From assembly GCA_973895155.1 (NCBI GenBank), contig OZ316896.1, forward strand, positions 20,200,754 through 20,264,753: a stretch of DNA of 64,000 nt. The letters are read 5' to 3'. The stretch comes from Marsupella aquatica (Eukaryota; Plantae; Marchantiophyta). The notes beneath the pieces are model-generated. The model saw only the letters and a program-made list of their open reading frames with translations, searched no databases and was not told where the DNA came from. Numbering within the stretch: the first letter of the stretch is position 1; each line of letters starts with the position of its first letter. Below are positions 24,723-37,909 of the stretch, in pieces. The translations under genes were made by a program, and so were the position numbers.

Positions 24723-25452
24723 GTGATGGTACAGTCTTCTTTGTATTTTTAATATAAGAGACTCTATAATATATGAATTAAATTTAGTATAGTAATTTCA
24801 ATATTTCATTAGTTTATATAAAAAATTATCTTTAATATATAATGATGGGTAGTAAAAGTTAGAAAATAATTACATAACATATATATACTTTAGTTCAAAC
24901 CAAAGTTAAAAGAGACAAATCAAGGTCTAGTCGCCCTAGGATCTCTAGATATTGTATCCACTTGTGGGCTACTCTACAATGGTGCACCTTCAAATTAGAA
25001 CATTTATCTTGTATCTGTTAGATGGATCTACTTTTGATTTTCAAGATAACAAAAAATGTATAAATCAAGGTAGATCCTAATCCCCCTTTCTAATCATTAT
25101 GCCAATGATCACTTGCTAGAGATTCTCAACCATCCTAGACATTCTCTACTTAGTTATTTGAACTCTAATATATTAAAAATATATAAAAACAAAATTATAG
25201 TAAAAATATGTAAAACAAAATCTGAAAATTTTAACATATAATTTATTTTATTGAAATATTTATCTCATTAAAATCTTTGATAAAATGGTTTAAGAGTGAT
25301 TATTTAAAAAATATTTTTCATAATATTATATTATATAAAAATAATTTTTTAATAAGATAAATGAAATATAGAAATTACTTTAATAAATTTTGTTAAATTC
25401 ATGTATCATAGAATCTATCATAATATAAATACAAAGAAGACAATACCGTTAG
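24723..25452. mobile_element. Non-autonomous TIR DNA element, copy 2
   Basis: Same terminal inverted repeats as 17964-19219 (GATGGTACAGTCTTCTTTGTAT ... ATACAAAGAAGACAATACCGTT), very AT-rich interior, and homologous flanks on both sides. Confidence 0.65.
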
Positions 25453-25945
25453 AGAAAATTTCTCTTAACATTCTCTAGAGTGGTCAAGTGCATGCCCTGA
25501 TCTCTAGCACTAGATAGTTGACAAGCTCTTGCATCCAAGCTCCAATAATTTAAAATGTAAGACACTAAGAAACATCTTCAATATTGAATAGTAGGAAGGA
25601 GATATGCAGCCAAGAGTTGAGCCATGAAGATCTGGGGACTAAAACGAACGATTGTCCTCAGACCACCGACTGTCTCAAGCTTGGGCTCCCTGTCACAATG
25701 TATATATGACTATTCGGAGCTAGTGAAGCTGTGCCCTATTCGATATCAAAGTCCTACCTATTTATACTGTCCGCTGCTGGATCGAGACAACCCCTGGACA
25801 CAACCCACGGCAGTACACCGAAAGCAAGAATGAAGTTGCGTAATCTTCCAAGTTGTCCAACATAGCTAGCTTGACCGTGTCCATTCTTGGAGCCACCAAA
25901 CCTGATCGAAAGTTGTTGTTCAATTCAAGCAATACTCCGCGTAAG
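25453..25945 (+). repeat. Local duplicated segment, copy 2
   Basis: Collinear similarity to 19220-19690. Confidence 0.9.
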
Positions 25946-28589
25946 CATAAACTCAGTCCAGAAACAAAGACAAGTTTTATAATGTTTAGAATAGAGGATT
26001 GAATTCACTTCCGATCTGGATGATTTCAAGTCGATCACCAACCTTGAATTGAGCGGTCATGTTTTTGTACAATCGCCCAATGCATGTTATTTGCCCGTTA
26101 ATTAACGATGTAAATTGTCTGCGACACGATGCTGGCAAGACCACGAAGCATCGCCTGCGGGACAACCCCCAGTACTCCCTACAACCTTCTCCGGAACTGT
26201 ACATAGAAATCCCGTGCCCCCAAAGGAACCTAACAGTCTCACGACTGGGTTGTTTTTAGTTCTCAACGCGTGAATTTGGGAGTCAACCACGAATTGCAGA
26301 TACCATGAAAGTTCAACCAAATTCGTCTGTCTTCAAACTGAGGAAGGCAAGAATCATCTGATGCTATTGATGTGCATCAGATCTTGATGATATAATATTA
26401 GGTTTCTTTTTGAAAGAAGCATTTACCCTCGCGTACGAGAGATGATATCTGTATGAAACCGATCTCAGAGTTAATTTTTGAATGGTCAAATAAAAGAATC
26501 TAGTGTGCTGTATTTAAGGTCTCGCAGCTGAGCTTCACGCCATATAATCGTGTGTGGTTGTGCATGAATAATGTTTGACTTTGTCAGGCTTTGTCCCCAG
26601 GTCGCCTTACTTGCTGTGCGGGCTTGTGTCAAAAATATAGGTAGGTTCTGTATGATGGTGTGACTGTAGTTCATGGCTGTCGCAAAGCTTCATTGTCAAG
26701 AACCCTTTTATGCTATATACAGTAATTAAGTGGAGCTGAAATCAATGCATTTTGGGCCATGGAAGGCTCGTTTGTCTATGATCTGCGTGTGAGCAATTCA
26801 CATCAAGAGTCACTTCTACTTGTTGTCTGCTACTTGTAAAAATTCCCTAGCTTGGGGCCAGTCCTAAGCCCCTCGCCGGACTGGTTGATCGATAGAGTCC
26901 ACAAATACGTCTAGAGTTCACTCCGGGTGCACAATTTTTCCGTCAGCTAGAGATTATTTGTAGTGTTTGAACATAAACAAGAGCTAGCATATTGTATTTG
27001 AAAAGTAGTGGGTATTAAGTATGCGATTCGAAACGAAACAAGAGATGGCTGAGACGGCGCTATAAGACAATTAGGACACTTCCGATAGAACAAAGAGTTC
27101 AGATGGCATTTCTGTAGACATCAAATAAAATATAGAAAATCAGCAAACTGAGAGCTAAGTCTACCGACGTGATATTTTGTTACCTCCTTCCTAAGTGTTT
27201 TGAAGGATCCAGAGAAGTTCTTGCCTCTCCTCGTTACCGCGAATGTGATGACAGCTGCCCAAGTATTCGAAATTTCCAGGAGTTCAGTGGCCGGTTTCAA
27301 ACCATGGTAGGGGACAAAGTAGGGCTCATGGGGGACGCGCGAACATCATTCGTTACCCAGGAATAGCTCGAAATAATGTATGAGAAGATATTAAAAATGT
27401 CAACCAAAGATCTCAAAAGCAGGCGTACTGCCTATCCTACGGAAAGGTTGCCTTGGGAGGTCCCACTACAGTACCTAACGTGAACGTCATCACGCTGACG
27501 TCAACTTGGTCTCAATTCCTGTCACGATGGGGGGTAGCCAATAGACTGGATATATTCCCGTCAACCAGGCACTTTTGGGGTCTTTTGACACCGTTTTTTA
27601 ATCTCAACTGCACGTGTGTCTGGATGTCTGGATTTGTATTGTTTATTTGTGAAGGTAAAAGAACAATCAGGTCCAGAATGTAAACAAGTGCTGCTAATGT
27701 AGAGCTAACCTTGAATCTGTTGACATTCGTTTAGTACGTAACACCCTTTTAGACGGCAATATTAATTTGTCGAGAGCGACTGAAAGATCTCTCAGGAATT
27801 CCTTCTCAGGGTACAAAGAGTATTTTGCTGGACAGTAACAACGTAGCAATTCATGGTAGAGTCCTCTAGCAAGAGAGGCAGAGGAGGTAATCAACGTCAT
27901 TGTCCAGTATCAAGCTCTGAATGCGGAGTTGGATCTGATGTTGGCATCGGGTGGAGAGAGGCCGAGAACTGAAGTTTAACGGACATCTCGAGTCTCTTCC
28001 TTGGGTTAAAAGTAGATTTCGTAGCGAGTTGCACCAATTCTTGTGGGCGGAGCAGAGCAACGGCTTTGGTTTGGTTGAGATATCCGGCTTCCTTGATATG
28101 AGATAAATGCATCGCAGGCTCGTATGCAGTGCGTCAAGCTCAGGAAGAGTTCATTCTGCTGCAAGTGAGCTCATCAGAAGGCGGAACGGAAGTGAAATTT
28201 GTGGTACTCTGCAGTTTGGTGTGCGTGGGTGGGATAGACAGGGCTCCAGAGAAGGAGAATGGCGGCTACCCACATGAAGGGAGTGCCAATTCTTCCTGCT
28301 TTGGTGCCACAGCTAGAATATCTGAAGCTTTACTCTCCGATTCCCCTGCGGGTGTGTATTCCCAACCTGCCTAAGACTGGCTCTGTAATTCACTCCATAC
28401 GGGTGTTTCTTGATTCGCTAGAGACCCGCTCTTCGTTCGGCCTTTTTGTGGGTGTGCTTATTATACTGATTGTGCACTGAGGGTTGGTTTCGTACTCAAA
28501 ATAGATGCCTCAAGCAACTCTTGAATCCACGAATGTTCAGAGTTTTCTAAAATTCTAAAACAAAAAATTCTAAAAAAATTTGAAACTCT

Positions 28590-29508
28590 GGATACACTTT
28601 TCAAATTTTGTCTTATTCAAATTTTTTGTGTCATGTATTTTTATTTCAAATTTTTTGTGTCATTTATTTTTATCTCAAGGCCCAGCCTTTATATCATTTA
28701 CATTTTAAATTAATTTTTAAATCTCTTTAATTTTAGGTATTTTAGAGTATTTTAAACTTGTTTTGACAGTTCCTTTATAACTTTTAAAGTTTTTTTGGCC
28801 TTGAAAACCGAAAGCAGGCCCATCCAACAGAGGATAGACGTCCTGCTTTGGAACATGCATTTCTATGTAGGGCAGTCACAAGGGGACAATTCTCAAGATG
28901 ACCAGGAGGGAGAGAGGATTAAACCAGAACCCAAAGTGGGCAACCAGGGCTGAGGAGATAATCAATACTCCCACCACTACACCCCACCCACCCACACACA
29001 TACCCTCCACACCCCTTATGTGTGGAGGGAGGATTGAACCTGGGACCTCTCGGTTCTAGGCTCATCCTCTGGCCAACTGACCAAAGCCAATTGGTTTAAC
29101 TTTTAAAGTTTATGATTTCTTAGAGATGAGGCAAACTCCACCATTTGAACAAGTATTCTCATGAGTGAGGAAAATGATTGTGAGTAACATGAACACATAG
29201 TCTTTTAAATTCCCCTCATGTATTTCTTTCCTAAATTTATGACTTTTATTGAAATGAGTATCATTCATAAGTGACTGTCATTCATAAGGGACATTGAATT
29301 AAGTGCACAAATTGTAGCATCTTTGTGTCATAAAACCTGACTATACTTTTCATTGGTGCTTTTCTTGGTAAACATTTTACTTATATTATTTTATCTTTCT
29401 AGTTATGTTTTCATATTTTATTTATTTTCAGATCACTACAAGACAAAAAATCATTTTCAAATCATTACAAGACAAAAAAATAATCATGTTCAAAGATGAG
29501 CATACTAT
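28590..29508. repeat. AT-rich interspersed repeat (inverted copy of 18212-18775), interrupted by a SINE
   Basis: Reverse-complement matches to 18212-18775 occur on both sides of the 28793-29096 insertion. Confidence 0.7.
28793..29096 (-). mobile_element. tRNA-derived SINE, ~300 bp
   Basis: 15-bp target-site duplication TAACTTTTAAAGTTT at 28778-28792 and 29097-29111. The minus-strand head has an A-box-like TGGTCAGTTGG and a B-box GGTTCAATCC at tRNA-like spacing. A short A-tail merges into the TSD. Confidence 0.85.
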
Positions 29509-30895
29509 ATTGTGAGTCTTCCTAAGGTCCTGCATCCTTTTTCTCACAATGCCGTTTCAAACCAACTAGTCTGGGTTGGGTTTGCTTTCTGATTACGTGA
29601 TCAAATTAGTCATCCAGACCTAATGACCTAGCACTTGTGACCAAATAACATCTTCTACGTACGTGCCTGGAGAGCACGTAGCAAGAGCTACTGTGGTACA
29701 TGATTCAGATGAGATGCAAATGATGCACTTTCCAAAGTACTGTGGAAGTATTCGTAAGGCCCAGTCAGAAGCACAACCATCCACTGAACTAAAGAGTAGT
29801 CACCAACACTAGAATCAAGCCAAGATAAACCCGCACACAGTCATGCAATGGAAAAGACAGAAATAACCATCTCATGTGATACAAACTCAAGAGGACCCTA
29901 GTGCTCTGGAAAAAGACAGAAATTCGCTACGTGCGTGGTATGGTTTCCACTCATTGTTAACTAAGACCCAAGCTTGTCAACCAGCTCTGGCGTCGCCATT
30001 TGGAAGGCAGGCTAGGCTTTGCACTCTACAGTCAACATGACCTTTTTTGGTATCTTTGTCGTGAACTTTAACGAAGTCTGAGAGAAATCTTGTATTCGTT
30101 GCAAGCTTCCATATGGCAGGTACATGTGGAGTTCCTGTGCTTGGTAAGTTCCAGGGATCATCCCTCCAGACCCTCCATGGCCGGGTCTCCTTCGTCCTTG
30201 GTCTTTCCATGGCTCCAGGGTTCTCATGGCATTTGGATCATCTCATTATATTTTGGAAAACTGCAAGAAAACCATAAAATTGTATTTAGCACCTAGCCTC
30301 ATTTGCTGACCAAGATAGAATTCATTTGTTTGATTGGTTTCAAGATCCCCAAGCCATCTCTGTCACATATTTGATCCCAATCCATATATGCCAATAAACC
30401 ACAGATCTGAACATTCATTCAAACTCCTCAAACCACCTTTAAGTTGCATGAAACCACCCTGGTGGCCTAAAGAGTGGAAATGAGTGGTCTACTGTTCACC
30501 TAGATAAATGAGGGTACTACTCTTCAATTTGGGGTAGGTTCCTTTTTACAGTTGCAGCTGCGGTTGACGGACCAAGAGGACCAAAAGAGTACCAGGAGGA
30601 CCCAAAGAGAAAGGAAACACTAATACTTACAGAGTTTGTTTGGAGGCCCTCTAGTGATGGCCAAACAAAAGTTCTAGCTCAAGAGGTTGTATTTGTCCCA
30701 TCAATGCCATCCTCAGCTAGGTAAGGACTGACCTTTTCAAAAGTTGGGACCAGCTTTTTTCCCCGCTTTTTTCTCAGTGGGCAAAAATTTGCTAAACTCC
30801 ACCCTTGAAGAAAGTCTTCACCACCTTTGGCAACAATTTGCTAGGTTTTCTGTCTTCCATTAGCGTGGATTTCCAGCTAGCTCTGATCTGAGCGT

Positions 30896-30973
30896 TATAA
30901 ATTAATTCAGTAATAATTAGATATAAATTAATTCAGTAATAATTAGATATAAATTAATTCAGTAATAATTAGA
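30896..30973. repeat. Perfect minisatellite, 26-bp unit x3
   Basis: TATAAATTAATTCAGTAATAATTAGA repeated three times. Confidence 0.95.
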
Positions 30974-33900
30974 CAGGAATTTTCTAGTACCTTCTCCTCC
31001 CCCTTCTCCGTCCCACAAGGGGACATTTTACTCCCTTAAAAGCTAAACAGAAAAAAATCTTAATGAATCCGTTACTGATGGCCAAACATGAGTTCCAATT
31101 CAAGAGTCCATGCGAGAGAACTATACCCTGTTTGTCTCCCACCAAAAGTCAGATCGTTGCCATCTACGGCTCTAACTGGCCTTTCCAAAAGTTGGGAAAG
31201 GTGTTTTTGAGTCGCAAAACTTCCTAATATCTTCCCCTCCTTTACACAAGATGCCATTCGCCACGCTTAAAAGCCAAAAAGGAAAACATCTTTTAATTAA
31301 AATTCCGGCTCACATGCTCATGGCCAAATTCGAGACTGAATTTGTGTATCTGTGGCACGAAACGTCCGATCCTTGCCATCCACGGCTCTGGCTGGCCTGG
31401 GCGAAAGTTGGGACAATGGGACCAGTGTACCTAAAGTTTGGAAGTGTGCCCCACTACTACTAGTGCGGCCTTTAGGGCGGGAGGACAGAAAGACTCAACC
31501 GCCAGTCAGAAAGTGCCCAATCAGGAGCCCCACTCGCGCACCAGGCGGGTCAGCCCAGGGACAGGCAGGTCTTCCTGGCGGCTTTGACCGTGGGCCACAA
31601 GTGTGGGGCCTGTAGAGTCTCAAGGTCTCGGGTCCGCAACCAGTACTTCAGTATGTGAGTAAAGGTCAGCTAAATAATAATGTAGAAAGGTTGTAGCATG
31701 TTGTATCTTGTAACGCGCTTCAAAATTTCGTCTTGTAGCAAATTAAAAGGGCACTTATTGAGGGTTGGGTACTCTTCTGGCTTCAACTTCAACTTAGGAG
31801 TAACTGAAGTGGGGTGGGGGGGCCGCGGAAAGAGAGAGGGGTAAACACAAATTAAAAAATTGTATGGGGATTACCTCCAATTTGACCTGGATGAAAATGG
31901 AAAAGAAACATTTATGGAGGAAATCAAAAATTATTAAGGGGGTTTACTTCCAATATCACCTGGATGAAAATACAAAAGAAAGACTTTCATAGGAATAATC
32001 ATTATGTGCAGGTGGATTCTTTGTAGGGGGAAATCATTCTATGCAAGTAAAGTATTTCATTTTTCTCAAAACAAGAATGAAAAGAAGCCAGGTACCTTGG
32101 GCTATGCAGTCTGGACCATGGTTTCGGCCATATTCTCACTGTCTGGTAGATTTGCACTACGATACCCATGTGTTTTAGGTAGAATTTTCCCAAATCTTTA
32201 GTTCAGTGAATTTTTTTTCTCCATTTTTGTGGCTTACTGGAAAGTGTTGTGGCTACTCAACACTAAGAAGAACATTAAGATCTTTCCTCTCCATTCACCA
32301 AATGCTCTCTAATGACAAAGTATAGTTGTTGAATCTAGCAGTTCTCCTTAAATTTAGGAAATTGAAGGGCTCACATATATGGATACATAATTAAAATGCG
32401 CAGTCAAATAGCCACTCCTATCCCAAAATGAGAAAACAAATAGCTAGTTTGCACTACAGTAGAGTAAGGTCCACAGTTTCCAGAAGTGGCCTGGCCTCTT
32501 GAAAAATATTGAAAAGTATGAGCCCAAGGTCTAAGCACTATCACATTTTTAACCAGTAATGATAAGGAATGCATTTATTCACAAAAGCTTGGTTGAAGAA
32601 CGCATATCCATAAGTCACCTCACTCCCCAAACCATCATATACTAACTAAAAGAATTAAAGATATCCATGAATAAATAAATCAAGAACGTACAAAACATTG
32701 TGCTAGTACCAAAGTCAAGGGAAACGAAATACAAATACTACATTTGTTTCACAAACAACATGGTTAGACGTACCATTGCAACTACCATAGTAGGATCAAC
32801 CATTTTCAAATGCAAATTCCATAGATTGAAATCAAATCGTTATTAATTTCTTGGTGTAAATGCATGGTCTCAGTTAGAGTCACAAGTTATTAGGGTGTCT
32901 CAGACACATTGGGTTTGGCGGTCATCATGGCCTCAGTAGAAAAACGTTAACGTATGCTGGTAACAATTAATGAGTGCCATTTTAGACAGTGCATAAGTTT
33001 TGAGGAACTAACCTACTTTCCATGGGCAATTACTTCTCAACGAGTTTTGAAACCCCTATTATAGTAGATCCATTTGAATTGCATGCTTGGGACCTGTCCA
33101 AGCATCACCTTCAAAAGCACCACAACAAATTATAAACATCTCTAGTGGCAATTATACACATCTCTAGTGTCACTTCGGTAGAAATATTTATAACTAGCAA
33201 CATTCCAGGACACAAGATGTACGCAGTGAGGAGCCACAACTCTACATTATTCTCCAGGACGGAGTTTTTGGGCTGACCCCAATTAAATGATATTATTATG
33301 TAGGTCTACTTTGCTCAATAGCGACCATTTTTTAAACCACTTTTGCCCCTATAAAGGGCTACGGGTAACTTGTAGTTTTCATTATAAAGAGAAATTGTTC
33401 AAGAATAGACTTTGAAGTCCAGAAAAGGTGTTAATTGCAACCTTGTTTTGGCAAATATTCCACAAAAAGTGATAGCGTTTCACTTTTTATGGCGAATAGT
33501 GAGACATGGACTTTTATGGTGAATAGTGAGACATGGAATGAGACTTTTGTAATGGGCAGGTGTGGTTTAATTAAGATGGGCGAGTCAGACACCCGAGGAA
33601 GCCCGGGACTAGCTTTCGTAGGAGTGTATATTTTATAGCTTTAAAACTGGGCACCACTTTGCATCCTGCGACCACTCTTAATCTACAGATTAAAGATTGT
33701 GAAGAAGGTTCCCCAGATTCTTCGATCTTCGGGTGAGATCAGAGCTGACATCATTTAGGGGCTGCGCGCTTTATCTTTTGGGTGGCGGGATCGACACATA
33801 TATGATTGTGGGCTGCTACAGTCTCATCCTTTAGCGGTGGAGGTTCTATCCGTCTCATCCTGAGTATTAGCAATTTTAGCAGCCTCACTGTGATCGAAGG

Positions 33901-35042
33901 TTCTAGATGATCTATGCCCGTTCCGCAGCGCTGTAACGGCAAACTCAGCGACGTGACAAGGGCTTGATTTCTCACAGCCTGAGTAAAACTTGGAGAAGTC
34001 GTATACTTTCGATCTTGCAAAACAATCACAATGCAACTACGGCTGACAGACGAATTGATACTTGAGGTACAGCTTTCGCCCCTACTTTGCCCCATCCGCA
34101 AATGCTCCAATGTCCTTTCCAACTCATGGAAGCTCTGCCAGTCTGCCTTCTCTGGTACTTCATGGTACCCTTCCTAATATGTCGAAATCAAAGATGAAAC
34201 ACAAATGAAAACTGACGTGAGAATACTACGCCGGGTGTTGATTTCAGGTACTTTTTCCAATGTTGAAGCTGTGACCTAAGAGCTTCACAGCGGTCACCAT
34301 TGTTGTGTCTCCAAACGATGTTTCCAGCACAAGGTAAGAAATTTACGGAGGCTATCATACTATTTGATCTCAGTGTGGGGTGTGTTTGATGCAGACCTGT
34401 GGATCCCTCGCCTAAATTCTTAGCAGTCCACTTTTAAGACTGATGAGACCGGGGATGAGACTAGAGGTACACAGTTGTGCTTAATTCGTCGGATGGCCGA
34501 GCCTAGATTAGTCGTCTACAAGTGGTGATGAATGTGTAGCTCATGTTATCACAACAACTTGGGATTGCCTCAAACCCTCCAAATTGTAGACATACTAGTC
34601 GCCTGAGATATATAGATCGTTTCAACCAGGCAGACCGAAGTAAGCATACAATCATGTATGCGCAGGAGGGTTAGTTATATAATACCTAGCGCCAGATGAC
34701 CTTAATTCAATTGCTTTGAACCTACCGTAGAAGGGAATTAAGTCTTTGTCAATGATTCTTTCCTTTCTACGCAAGTACTTTTCACTGTAGGTTTGTCGCT
34801 ATAACTATGGTGCAAATTGTAGAGTGTGTGAATGATCAGGATCCCAAACACTTAAACTCTTATGTTACAGCTAGAGAAGCCTCGTAAACAAAATAGTGGG
34901 TAAAAAGACACGAATCTGCAACGTCTGACTATGTACGGTGTTGGATTGAATTAAAATCATAATGGCGGATATCTACCACTGTCATGCTGTTGTCGACACG
35001 ATCCATAGACATACTGTTCTAGATGATAGCGATGCAGCTAGG

Positions 35043-35475
35043 ACACGTGGAGTACCTGTCGGGCTTCCCTGCTTGGAATCGTTTTGACAGTAACCCGAGG
35101 CCAGAAATTGAAGATCTGGTACATCTTAGAAAACCATAGCTAGTAACGAGAAACGGAAACCACTTGAGCACGAATTAAGTATTGCCATGTTGATTGATTT
35201 AGTGCCTCACGTTTACTGCAATGCCTTCTACGTACATCAGAAAGCGACTTCAGTGCCCAAGACTTATTCGAGTTACATTGTCATGCTTCAGGAGAAAACG
35301 TGATCTGCAAACAGATTTACGGATTTTTTTCAATAACCAGGGAAGATTGTGTACTTTTTTCGCCTCTGAAAGGCAAAAGATATTTCAAGGTTCGACAAGA
35401 CTCAAGATAGGAGATATTCTGGGTTAGGTGGTGGTGTTTCCATGCGCGCTGTTCACAATCTCCAACTCATCCGAC
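35043..35475 (+). promoter_or_regulatory. Putative stress/ABA-responsive promoter motifs upstream of the NAC gene
   Basis: G-box/ABRE ACACGTGG at 35043-35050, AACGTG-type T/G boxes near 35208 and 35296, and a CCGAC core at 35471. These are short motifs and function is only inferred from the NAC subfamily. Confidence 0.35.
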
Positions 35476-35548
35476 ATCTAATAACCACCTCGCAGTCATC
35501 ACCGCTTCCCCTGACGGAAGTTGGTCATTTACAGGACGTTATCCGTTG

Positions 35549-37909
35549 ATGACAGCGAAGGGATCGCCAGCAGATATGGCTCTGACTACAAGGAAAGAAG
35601 TATCGCAGCTAGAACTGCCCAAGGGGTTTCGTTTCCATCCTACAGATGAAGAATTGGTGATGTACTATTTGTGCCCCAAGGCGGAATCCCAGCCTTTCTC
35701 ACTTCAAATCATTGCGGACGTGGATATCTACAAGTTCGACCCTTGGAACTTACCTGGTATGTGAGCTCTATTTTAGAACTAACTTCAGGCATGTCTAGAA
35801 TGTGTCTGAATGTCCTGTTTGCATCGATCGGCTCCACAGGTCATCGTGCGGAGCCACCATATATAGCTAGAGCTGACGTCCAAAGCGGATGTGACTCACG
35901 TTGGGATTACTCGTCAACCAGTTCAATACCAAATCACAGAGTGGAAAGGATGAAGAACGGGAGAGACGGACAAGGACTAAGGCACCGACCTAAGCTTAGA
36001 TCTAGTACACAATACTAACCCTGGGCTGGGTGGAGCTAAGAGACTGTATACGGTGCCAGTAAGGTCCAGCTTCGAAGACTAGGTAGAAGAATGGTGACAA
36101 AATTGGTGTGTTAAAAGAAATCTTTGGCGTTCCAAAACGTGCCTACCTCATAGAGTCCGTAATGATACAAATATCTCAGGTCCGATTGAACGTGAGTTTC
36201 GAAAACCAATGACCAATGTCATCCCCTAACTGTTCAAGTTCAGAGGAGTGAATGTAGGCTGAAAACACATATGACCAAGCGGTGATTGATCAGATTCATC
36301 TGAGACCATATCGTCCTAAATTAAAGACCGTAAGCAGTGCGCGACGGCCTAGAAAGCTATCGTAAAATATTGATGTCTTCGAATATATGTTCGAAAAGCG
36401 CTTTAGATTAATTTCAAGAACAGGTTGCAATGGTTTAATCTATTCAGTGGAAGATTCTACTCTCAGTAAATAAGATCGGAGACCTCCAGCCTAGGGTTAT
36501 AGTACCTGGCGTTAGAAACCAAATCTGTGCTAGCTTGCCAAGGTCATCAATATTACGTATCATCTCTGAGTTAGAGCTTCTCTAGGAAAGTGTCATGTAG
36601 CATGAGCTAAGAGAGCTGTGAAGTCGGACTCATCAATTTAAAGGTTTCGAGCTTGGAAGTTTTCATCTCGGAGCTAGCTAGCCATAGGTCATGAATCTAG
36701 GCGACTGCTTACATTAGGAGTTTCAACACATTTGTCAACATGGTCAAGGGTGCATCCTCTCGATCAACCTGAGTCAGCGTTTTTGGAAGATCACCGTATG
36801 AAGGTGCAAGTGCGTTGTCTTGATAGTTTCAGGCTGTCAGATCTAATGAGACCTTGAACTTTCCCCAGAAAGTCTTACGTAGTGTTGCAATTGGCGGGTT
36901 GCAGAAAGGGCGGTTCATGGGGAGAATGAGTGGTATTTCTTCAGTCCTCGGGACCGGAAATACCCCAATGGGTCGCGGCCAAACAGGTCAGCAAGATCGG
37001 GTTACTGGAAGGCGACGGGTACGGATAAGCATATCAGCTGTGCAGTCGATGCTGACGACGGTGCGTACCAGAAGATGAAGAAGCTGGGCGTTAAAAAGGC
37101 GTTGGTGTTCTACAAGGGCCGGGCGCCCAATGGTACAAAGACGAACTGGATCATGCACGAGTACCGTCTGGCCGAAAACGCCCGCACGGCCTCTGCCAAG
37201 GCGCTGGGGCCTCACTGCCGTCGAGTCCACCGGAAAGGCTCTCTCAGGGTACGTCTACTCTAGTTTCAGTTTGTAATTAAAATCCTTTGAATGGAACGTC
37301 TATTGTCGGTCCATGAAGTGATTCAGATTTTAGTCTGATGTTTTGAAGTGTTCTTAAGATTGTTTTGATACCATTTCAAATGGATGCATTCATCTTTAAT
37401 ACATATATAGGAGATTCACAGGAATTGTAGTGATGGCCTTAGTTTGAATATATGATAGATGGACAGCAATGGCTTAGGGGACAAATAGTATGGTGGAATA
37501 AAAATTAAAGATGTCACGAAGAATCCAATTTCTGAGTGGCTGATTCGATGTGCCGGTGAGCTAATCTATCTGCAATCTTTGCTGTGAATTCGTGCAGCTA
37601 GACGACTGGGTTCTGTGCAGAATATACAAGAAGAACAGCACAGCGGGCAGTCCAACTGGTGACGGAAAGGCAGAAAAGTCCGATGAGAAGGAGGATTCTA
37701 TTCCTGAAGAAAGCATTAATATGGACTCGTCGTCCGTCGTGGAGGACTTTCTGGCATCGTTACCAGAAATCGAAAGCTCGAAGCTTAATCAGCTTCAATT
37801 GCTTCCAAAGCTAGAGGAGACCAGCTTGAGTTTACTCATCGACTACGACCTGCAGAGCATGGAATCAGTAGTCATAGATCACTCTCCAGCTGATGATTTC
37901 GAAGACTGA
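35549..37909 (+). CDS. NAC-domain transcription factor, ATAF/SNAC-like; 3 exons, ~287 aa (278 aa from the alternative ATG at 35576)
   Basis: Exons 35549-35756, 36905-37248 and 37598-37909, with GT-AG introns at canonical NAC positions. Motifs: [83 protein letters not shown]|[10 protein letters not shown], followed by an acidic C-terminal region. Confidence 0.96.

Noticed and set aside
27860-28480. Coding-like segment including LVPQLEYLKL
   Set aside because: Frames are broken by stops and no family is recognisable; a single LRR-like motif is insufficient.
29025-29096. tRNA gene
   Set aside because: A and B boxes are present but no convincing cloverleaf; it is the head of a TSD-flanked SINE.
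33751-34122. 123-aa minus-strand ORF
   Set aside because: Non-ATG start, no domain recognised, no splice context.
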